A DNA stretch of 46,158 bases from Candidatus Zapsychrus exili. Its GTDB lineage: Bacteria; Omnitrophota; Gorgyraeia; Zapsychrales; Zapsychraceae. A program made the position numbers and the translations under genes. Shown piece after piece: positions 1 to 9,786 of the stretch (positions within the stretch are counted from its first letter, which is position 1; every line of letters starts with the position of its first letter). The stretch is from contig JAVCCJ010000069.1 in assembly GCA_030765585.1 (NCBI GenBank), positions 1 to 46,158 on the forward strand, in the 5' to 3' direction. The notes beneath the pieces were generated by a model that had not been told where the DNA came from, ran no database searches, and saw only the letters and a list, made by a program, of their open reading frames with translations.

Positions 1-3000
1 TATATACGTTAATATTGCCTCACTTTTACGCCAATCTACAACACGAGCATCTTTCAAGCCTAAGGCTTCTTTAGCAGAAGTTACTGCTATTTTTTCTGCC
101 TCGTCAAGTATCAACATTGCTTTATCAACTTGTACTATCTGTTGTTTTTTCTTTTGATCAAACGCTTGTTTTGCAAAATGTAAAATAGCTTCTGCTTCAC
201 TTAATGCTTCTACTCTATCTATTGTTTTTAGACTTTTAGCAAGTTCTCCAATAATTTTAATAGAATTTAATTCATGCTCTGGATTCAAAAGATAAAGTTT
301 GATCATATCTCTTCCTTCATCAGTTACATTTTTATTAGCGAAGCTCTTCACAACTTCTGATGCAATTTGCTCGTCTCTCTCAACATTCTCTCCCAACCGA
401 TCAACTGCCCATCTCTTCATTCTATCTTCTAGCTTTTCTAAAGCTTTTTTACTATTCTTTGCTATCCCAAAGATTCTTACGCCAACTTCTGTAACCTCAA
501 AGGAATTATTGCTTGTAGAATTCCTTTGCGTTCCAAAAGGAATTTCTCTTACATTATAAATAATTTTTATATCTCCAAAATCTCTTTCCATATTCTTTAA
601 AATATTCATTATATTCCAAAACTTAGATTTTTCTAAAATATGAAAATAATTCATTTCCAATTCTGCTTTTGATAAACCATCATATTTCTCTCTTATTGGC
701 TCTCCACCAACAAATGAAAACGGTACATTTGCTTGTTTTATGTCATTAACAGGCTCTTTCCACATAGATAGGCCGCTTCTCAATATTCCCAGCGCCTTGC
801 TTACTTCTCCAAATCTTCCTGAGAATTTAGAAACTGAAAAACCTTTGCCTTTAAACTCTTCTAAAATTCCTCTCTGCTCTCTTAATTCTCCCTGTCTAAA
901 CATTAACCAAAGCCCCAACTCTTCTTTAAGCTTTTTAAGATTCTCTTCAGTATTTTTTGAATTCTTCTTATACACTATTGAAGTTCTATAGACTTCTACA
1001 CCATCAACTTCCCTCCTGCTATACTGAATATCTACTCCGGAGAAATCCTTTTCTATCATATACAATACATCGTTTAGCAACCAAAACTCTTTTACTTGCT
1101 CAGGATAATCTTCCAGTTTTCCACCATTAATATGTATGCTAACAGGATGCATCTTAAATCTTGCTTCACTCACATCATTTGTATTGTACCTATTAACAAC
1201 AATAGCTTTCTTTGTTTTATAATATGCATGTATACCAAGTGCATCATTTGGAAGAATGTTATGATAAAGATTATTTATAGCACCCAAATGTTTTTGACTT
1301 AACATCGCTTGATCAGCAGGATTATCTTTCTCTAATGCTTCAATCTGTTCAATAACGCTTGGCAAATGTTGAGACAATTCTGTTGCCTCCAAAATTTGCT
1401 TTTGTGCCAATAATCCGACTTTTTCTGCAGCATAATAATTATCAGCTTTTATTCTTGCCAAAACCTCACCCTTAATATCCGAAACACTTTCTACCAACTG
1501 AACATAAAATCTTAAAGTTTGAGAAGTTCCTGACGGACGAATGGTTATGTAATTCTTACTATCTCTAAAGTCAGATTCTTCAGTAAGATTCGAATCTTCA
1601 AAAAAGAATCTAATTCCCTCATCAGGAGCATTTTCATAAATTAAATGATCTGCTCTTCCAGATCTAAAATCAACTGCTCCAATAACTTTCCTGCCAGCAA
1701 TAACAAGAGAATCTCCCTCTCCATTTGCTCTTTTTAACCATTCTTCTGTTTTTTCAATAATTTGAATTTTATCAGAAACACCTGCCGCACCTTCAAAAGA
1801 CCCAATCCTCGGCAAGGCTTTATTAGCTGTTGCATAATGTCCTATTTGTCTATAGATACCATCTAGTAGCTCAAACATAGTCGTACCTTGTGATTCTGCA
1901 TACGCAGCTACTTCGGCCAAAAGAACAGATGCCAATGTCCCATCCTTTTCGAAAGTATGTCCAGTCACGCTAAAACCATTTGATTCTTCAAAAGAATAAA
2001 CACGAATTCCATCTTTCATTGCCTCTTCCATAATTTCTGCAAGATATGTAAATCCAACCCAAGTACGAGAATTTGTTAAATAATTTCCTCGATCAACTTT
2101 TCCTGTTTTATCCTTCATCCTTCCAAGAGCATCAACCCCAAATGTTTTTGCAATCTCTGCGATAGCATCTGTTGTCACATGACTAATAGCAACCTTCGTT
2201 TTGTTAAGATCTACCTTTCCTAACTCGCTTCCTCGTTTTAGCTGATACCACAACAATAATGTCCATGCATCGTTTGCAGAAAGCAGACGAGATTTTCCAA
2301 AATATTTCTGCTGATTTACTGGAACTTTTACCTCTATACCTGTTCGATCTGCATCAGGATCTGTTCCTAATAATATATCTAATGCGTCAAATGCATCTTG
2401 CCCATATTCTTCAATAAATTCTCGAACAGCAGCTTTTCCTGCTAATGGATCGCCAGGATCAGGCTGTTCTCCCCATCCAAAGGCAGGAAATAAACCGTCC
2501 AATTTTTGAAGGGCTGTAATAGCTTTATAATTTGTAAATCCTATTTCCTTCAACAATCTTGGCACTGCTTTAAAACCAGCACCATTATATGCAGAATACC
2601 CTATCTGAATTTTATTGCCCCATTCTTCTATTAACGTTTCATCCACCAAAAACTTCTTAACTTGATTAACATGCAGAGTATGCATATCCTCTAGAGGAAA
2701 ATCATAGTATTCTTTGTTTGAAAGCTTTTCGTTCCCACCAAGCCATACGAGGTTCCCAGGCTTTGCCTCTGTAATAGACTTGGCTAATTTTATTTCAGAA
2801 AACTCAACATTAGGGACTTTCGCAGAAACAGCATCTTTAACTTCTTGATTTAACTGAGCTCCATTCTCCAATGTAATTTTATATCCATTATAAATATTAG
2901 GATTATGACTAGCGGACATTAAAATTCCAATATCTGCCTTTACAAGATCTGTTGTAATCCCGTAACTTAATTCTGGGAAAGGGCTAGCTTCATCAAAAAG

Positions 3001-6000
3001 AAATATTTTAAACTCATGCGAAGCCTCTGACTGTCCAATAAATAACCGTGCAACCATATCAGCAAATTCTGCACCAGCAATACGACTATCATAACCAATC
3101 AACACTTTCTTTAATCCATTTTCTTTTGCATATTTGATTACAGCCATTGTTTCAAGAAAGATAACAATATCATTAATCATATTAGGGCCTTTTAAAATTT
3201 TCGCCCCAATACCTTCTTCTTTTAACTTTAAAAGCTCTTCTTTTGTAAAAACAGCCTTACCTCTTACTCCTGCAGTTCCAAATGAAATCAATTGTCGGTA
3301 AGCTTCAATGATTTCATCCCAGCGTCCTTCCTTCATAGCTTCAACAACTCCAGCCTTATAATTTGGAGAAAGCACATCCAACTCTTTAGAAGTCATCCAC
3401 TGCTTAAGGTTACGATACGTATTAGCCGTAGCTTTTCATGAATTCCTTTGTAATCTTTTGCTTTTAATTGCGCATCTAATCTCTTTTAATTTCCTTTCTG
3501 CCTTTGGAAGATATGTCATGTTGATTTCTTCCTGCAATTCTTCTGTCAACATCGCTTGATCTTTATTAAACTTTTCATCAAACTTTCTAATTGTTTTAAT
3601 AGCAGAAGTAGAAAGTCCGGAAGTTTCTAGCTTTGAAGTATCAATAATAGAAGGAAGAACTTTATTTGTTGCAACTTTCTTGCCTAATTGAACTCCCCAC
3701 TGATCAAAAGAAAAAATATTCCAAATAACACCTTCTGCAAATATTTGATGCTCATACATAGAAATAAGATTTCCTAAAGCTCTAGGAGTAACTTTATCTA
3801 TCAATATTGATGTAGTAGGTCTATTTCCTGGAAAAGTTTTGTGTTGAGAAAGCATTCTAAGCCACTCGAGATCAACCGTTTTATTTTTAGGATCAGCTTC
3901 AAGTTCTGCTAATGCCTCCTCTTGGGTTAAACCAAAGGCTAAAGCTTCTGTCTGAGCTATGTAATTAGAGAAGAACTTATCATGATGTCCTTCTACTAAG
4001 TTTTGAGGATTAATAACTCCAATAAAGTCCGCTGGTATTATTCCGCCTTCTATCATTTGATGAAGTAATTGATAAAAAGAATGTTGTCCATCAGTTCCAG
4101 CAGCGCCAAATACAGCGAGTCCAGTAGGGTAATCAACAGGATTTCCATTGCGGTCAACAAACTTTCCATTGCTTTCCATAAAAAATTGTTGTGAGAACGA
4201 TGGAATCAATCCTAAGTTTTCATCATAAGGTAGAATAGCAAAACTTTTTGCTCCCAAGAAATTACCATACCAAATATTTAAAAGTGCTTTTAAAACAGGA
4301 ATATTATCTTGGAATTCTGTTTTTCTAAAATGTTCATCTGATTCCCTAGCACCTTCTAAGAATTCAAGAAAATTATCAAATCCCGCGTATATTGATACAG
4401 ACAATCCAATAGCTGACCAAACTGAATAACGTCCGCCAACCCAATCCCAAAATTCAAACATATTTTCTGTGTCAATTCCAAACTCTTTAACAAGCTTCTC
4501 TGCTGTTGAAACAGCAACAAAATGTTTTTCAATAATTTCTTTATCTCTGATTGGAGTATTCTTAAATAATTTATTAAGCCTAGTATTCATAATTCTTTCA
4601 GCAAAAGAACCAGATGGACTTAACTTACTCAGAAATCTTCTTAATGGTTTCTTGTTATAAGAGTCAAGAACCCATTTTCTTAATGTTTGTGCATTTTGCA
4701 TAGTTTCTTGAGTTGTAAAAGTTTTAGATGCAATAATCACAAGCGTTTCTTCTGGGTCTAAATTCTTCATAAGCTCAGCAACTGCATTTCCATCGATATT
4801 GGAAAGAAAATAAGTATTTACATCGCCTTGTTTGTAAGGTTTTAAAGCTTCAACTGCCATTTTTGGCCCTAATGCAGAGCCTCCGATACCTACATTAATA
4901 ACATTCTTTATTTTTTTACCAGTTGCTCCGCGCCATTGTCCTGATTGAACTTTCTTTGTAAAACCTTCCATCTTATTAAGTACAGCAATAACTTTAGGCA
5001 TTACATCTTCTTTATCAACTAAAACAGGACCATTAGCCGCAACGAGCTTGCCTTCTTCATTCCTTTTAACATTACGAAGTGCAGTATGAAGAACAGCACG
5101 ATTTTCTGTTTCATTTATTTTTGCCCCAGTAAACATAAGCTCAATAGCGCCTTTTAATCCAGATTCTTCTGCAAGTAATAACAAGGCATTTAAGATTGTA
5201 TCATCAATGAGGTTCTTCGAAAAATCCACCTCAAAACCATCATTTAATTTTTTAAGAAGCTTAATTGCACGCTCAGGATTTTCATTAAATAACTTTCTAA
5301 GATCAAGTTTCCTAGCTGCATTTGCTTCTAAAAATTCCCAAGCATCTGTTTTTGCTGGATTAACACGAGGAAGAACGCCTGCCACCATCGCTTGATCTGT
5401 CATATCTCTCTTCAATTTAAAATCATATTTCAACAGGCCTTGTTTTGTTTCATTTACTGCAATTTGGCCAATATCTTTCTTAGCAAGAAGTTCTCTGCTT
5501 GTATGCCCTCTTAATTGACCGACAGTATCTATACCATGTCCCTTTAAAAGGTTCGCTGTTTTTTTAGATATCGGAAGCGCATCTACCGATTGATTGCTTA
5601 TAGGGAAAAGTGCTCTGTTAGCTAATTGATATTCCTCTTTATTGATTCCTTCAATTTTAACTTCGCGTCCGCCAAGATTTTTTTGAAGTGTCATTGATCT
5701 AACAATTCCATTTTTTGTTCTATAAAGAATTCTGTTATTAGTTCCTTTTTCCCAAAGCTCATTTATAGCAGCTGTTCCTAAATCTTGTGTTAAACCATAA
5801 TCAAAATCAGAGATATCGGCTTCTCTTGTTGCATAATCTTCTTTACCTACCAAAGATATCTTTGTGTCCAATGCGACTCCCAAAGGCTCAAGAAGATTAA
5901 CTAAAGTCTTTGCAGCGTCTTTTAATTTTGCATGTCCGAACGAATCTACCTCAATATTTGCTGGAATTACTATATCATCTAAACTAAATTTAATACCTTC

Positions 6001-9000
6001 AGACACTACAACCAAACCATAACCATGCTCTTTGTAAAATTTAGCTAAATCTACTTTTAATTTCTCGATATCTACGGGTCCTTCCTCAGGAATTATTGAT
6101 CTTGTTGCACCAACACCTTCACCTATACCAATAGTTGTAAAACCAGCATCGCGCCCAAAAACCTCTACCACCATTATTCTTCCCAAATTTATCGCAGAAG
6201 TCTTTATTGCCTTTGCTCTTCTTATTCCTTCTTGAACAAAAGTATCATACCCATATGTTGAAACCCCACCTGGAAGAGTTATATCATTGTCCATTGTCTT
6301 AGGCACACCTAACACCATAAGATCTGGAAACATTTTCTGAAGTTTTTGCGCAGCTCCATTTGTATCATCTCCACCGCAAGTGATAAGAGCGTCTAGTCCA
6401 AGCTTTTGAACATTGCCTCTTACTTTTTCTGGAACACCATCCTTTATATTTTTAGTACTAAAAGGATTTGTTCTAGATGTTCCAATAAAAGACCCACCTT
6501 TTTTCTCATGAAGTTCAGCTTCCTCTATATCTATAACTTCTGCTTGTTCTACTAAATTATCCTCCACTAATCCAGCCCAACCACTCTTTATTCCAACTAA
6601 TACTACCTTTTTGCCAGTCTTTTTGCTTAACTCCATTGTTTGTCTTTTAGCTGCTGTTATAAGAGAGTTATGACCTGTTGCAAGCCCACCACCAGTTAAA
6701 ATACCAATTTTTATTACATCTTTATCTAATGTGCTAAGTGGCGCTAATTTCTTTGCCATCATTGCTTGGTCATAAGAAGTAACTTTGGCTAATGATTGTC
6801 TATTATTTTCTGCTGCAATTATTGTGTCTTCTGGTTCTTTTACTGGAGCGAAAATATCTTTTCTTGGCGCATTATAATATGCAACCTTAGCCCCATCTAT
6901 ATGAGCTACTTGAAGCATAATTCTAGTAAGCTGGACAACAGGTATTTCTGTTTTTCCATCTTTTACTATACCTATATCAGAATATTCTCCATCTACTACA
7001 TGTTTCTTAAATTCAAAATTAGCTTTTATTTGTTTAACTAATTTTTCACGAACCAATTCAGACCTTTCCTCAAAATTCATTTCAGCAAGTTCTTTTTCTG
7101 TAACGTCTAGAAACCTAAGCAAACTTTTTGCTCTTAAGATAACTGTATTTGTATTAAAGAATGGGGCATTTGCATGATCAAAATCAGGCTGCAATTCAAA
7201 TCCCTCTTTCATCGTTACTTCGCCTGTTCTATCTTCTTTCTCGTCAACATATTCGACTAAAGTCCCACCAGTCTCAGGCTTTGAGAATATTTCAGCTTCA
7301 ATATAGCCTCCATCAAAAATATTAACAACATCGACTGTTTTGTCTTTTTGGTTAATTACATATCTAACGCCATTTTTCTCTGCGAAACCTTCATATTCAT
7401 TTATTCCATCAAAAGATATTAAATTGTCTCTAAATCGAACAATGGCTTTAACTGCTACTTTTGATTTCTTATGTTTTATGGTGTAAGTTATATTCTTCTC
7501 GGCAAGTAAAAATCCAAAATCGCTTTCGCTTTTGGCAAAATGAGCAAGCATACCGTCATTTTTTAAAACAGCCTGCAAATTATCAATATTAAAAACAGGA
7601 ATATACTCTACTCCTTGAGACAGGGCATCTGAAAACCTTCCAGATATGATAAATGATGCAACTGCATCAAAATGCCCAGCAGGAACTTTTCTCTCTTTAC
7701 CATTAAATCTATAAATACCATCAGGATTTTCTTTTCTTATTTTAGAAGCTAAGGCCTTAAATTTTGACCACTCTTGTTTTTTATAGTTCGCTTCTATTTC
7801 TTGATCTGTTGGAATAAAAGTGTCTATTACCCCCTGAACAAAAAATTTAAAAGTTTTTTCTCTCATTCCATAATAATTCTTTTCTATCGCTAATTGCTCT
7901 TTAAACTCTGCCAATCTCTTTTCGCTCGATAAAAGATACAAGGGCACTTCTTCACCAAAAGTTTTTTCTATCCATCTAATATTCGCAGCTTTTATCTCTA
8001 AGAAATCACCTAATGTCGCATCAACCTTAACAAAAGTTTTTGGACCTCCGAAACGCGTTGCCTCTCCGCCTATCATAACTATTGGAGCAATCTTGCCATC
8101 TCTATACATTTCAGCCTCTGCTTCTACATACGCTTTTTTTGCATTACTATCTAAACTAGACCAATCTATAACTGCCTCTACCTTTGCTGGAACAACTTTT
8201 TTTGGATCAACATTCTTATGAAAACCTATTTTACCTTCATTTCTTTGCTTAACTAGCTGTTGAAAATCTTCAAGAGTAATTGTAGCTGCTGTTATTTCTC
8301 CTTCTTCGGTAATCATCGCCGCATCACTACCTGCTTTAGCAACAAGGATACCTACCTCATCTAAAGACTCTGCAAGATTCACATTTACTCTACTAGTTAA
8401 CCCTGCCACATCAGCCGCTTGTGCTAATAAAGCACTATCAACTGTATTCTCATTAACTGTTTTTATGACTTTACTAAATTCTTGATTCATACCACCAGAG
8501 AAGTATTTCTTAGGTATGATTTCTTGTGTTTCTGAATTGTACTCTTCCTTTATATAGTTATATACGCCTGTCTTAAACGCTTCTAGGTATTGATTATAAA
8601 TTTCTTGCTTTACATTCTTGTTCTCTAAATCTATTCCAGTTACTTTGTTTTGATCTACATATACTTTGCCTAATAAAGATTCTTTTAGATTCATCTTAAA
8701 CCAGGTAGCAAGTATCATAGAATTTGATATTTGTCTTAGAAGAGCAAAGTTTTTGCCTGTATTTACTTCACGTTCTAGTTCAGGGATGATGATTTCTTTT
8801 ATTATTTGAGTAGTAGTTGAATTATCTAATGCAGTGCCTTCTTTAGTTGAAAGATATTCTTTATCTAGTAAGACCTTTAGTTCTGATTCAAGTACAAAAG
8901 CAGAGTTATCTTTTTCATATACAGTTGCAGAACTTGGAACTATCCAAACTCTGTTTAGAGTATCTGTATTTATATCAGTTGTTCCAAACTCTTGCTTTGT

Positions 9001-9519
9001 TCTTTTATATATCTTATTCCAGAATTTCTTACCTGTTTCTCCTTCAGGATGCATTAAAGAAGCTGTTAATTGCTTTAATATATAGTCCTGAGCAAGTAAA
9101 TCACGGCCCATTTCAGTATGACCTAGCTTCTCAGGCATTATTTTATCTGGTTGAGATGGGTTTAAATTGACCCATAATTGATCTTCAGGAACGGTAAGTG
9201 TTGCAAGGAAATATTTGATGAGTTTAAGTGATTCTTCTTCTAATTGCTCCCCTTTTAGCTTATTATCACCAGAATCAACGATAAAGTCGAATTCTAGAGG
9301 ATTTTCAGGATGAATTGTTATCCCTTTTACTATTGTGGGGGTGAAATCATTGCTAAGTGGCACAATTTGCCCTAAAATAGGCATATTTGTACTGTTAAGT
9401 GACACACTCTGCCCATATGAAGGCGGAATAATAGCAGTAAATACAAATGAAAATGCTATAAATGAACATAATACTTTATAAGCTAAACTTGTTTTTGATT
9501 TTGGAATAGAACTCATCAT
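1..9519 (-). CDS. Giant multi-enzyme protein, at least 3173 codons, 3' end beyond the window. Signal peptide, N-terminal domain, UGPase-like, PFK, RpoA-CTD-like, PGI, PGM and unknown modules; interrupted by one in-frame TGA at 3436-3438
   Basis: ORF 3436..9519 plus my manual translation of 3435..1 in the same frame, with no stop to the window edge. AGGAGG RBS at 9529-9534. Hydrophobic N-terminus VLCSFIAFSFVFTAII. Confidence 0.85.
1315..3546 (-). other. Phosphoglucomutase/phosphomannomutase module of the giant protein (absent from the ORF track)
   Basis: Manual translation gives FGTAGVRG, IGYDSR, catalytic SASHNP, metal loop DPDADR, FEESNG, KDG and IRPSGT. Confidence 0.95.
3562..5382 (-). other. 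Glucose-6-phosphate isomerase module of the giant protein
   Basis: ENRAVLHTALR, GIGGSALGP, SKTFTTQET, FWDWVGGRYSVWSAIGL, MESNGK, QHSFYQLLHQ, FDQWGVQLGK. Confidence 0.95.
5410..5595 (-). other. RNA polymerase alpha-CTD-like (HhH) domain within the giant protein
   Basis: LPISKKTANLLKGHGIDTVGQLRGHTSRELLAKKDIGQIAVNETKQGL follows the pattern LSVRxxNxLKxxGIxTVGDL...ELLxxxNxGxKSLxEIKxxL. Confidence 0.7.
5600..6756 (-). other. 6-phosphofructokinase (PfkA family, PPi-type signature) module of the giant protein
   Basis: KIGILTGGG, GGSFIGTSRTNP, GGDDT, PKTMDND, VEVFGRDAG, VVSEG, DSFGH. Confidence 0.93.
6772..8310 (-). other. UTP-hexose-1-phosphate uridylyltransferase (UDPGP family) module of the giant protein
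   Basis: GGEATRFGGPK, PAGHFD, NIDNL, GGTLV, FFNTNT and FAPVK match the UGPase motifs GGLGTRMG..PK, PPGHGD, NIDNL, GGTL, FNTNN, FxPVK. Confidence 0.85.
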
Positions 9520-9646
9520 TCAGGTTTTCCTCCTGTGTTAGGTAGCTGTATAATTTTCAATTAATTGTAAAGCAAGAGACTGCGAATAAACGCGTCTATT
9601 ATTGTGGCTGGACTGAAATAAGACTAATCTTATCTCAAGTAGAAAA

Positions 9647-9674
9647 AGTATAACATATTTTCTATATAATGCAA
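9647..9674 (-). promoter_or_regulatory. Putative sigma70 promoter of the giant gene
   Basis: Minus strand TTGCAT-16 nt-TATACT with TGn extension, about 125 nt upstream of the ATG. Confidence 0.55.
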
Positions 9675-9736
9675 GTTAACCTATATAGTAATTTAAGAAT
9701 AGTTAGTATTAATATTATTTAATAAAGGTGGGATTT

Positions 9737-9786
9737 ACCCCGTTAGAGATAATTGCAGATTAACTTATTATTATCTCTAACGGGGT
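9737..9786. repeat. Perfect 17-bp inverted repeat (ACCCCGTTAGAGATAAT...ATTATCTCTAACGGGGT)
   Basis: Arms at 9737-9753 and 9770-9786, abutting the HD-GYP stop; no U-tract on the minus strand. Confidence 0.85.

Noticed and set aside
299..9170. Short plus-strand ORFs over the giant gene, and similar ones over the dcw, ligA and rib genes
   Set aside because: Antisense shadows of well-supported minus-strand genes, with no motifs or RBS.
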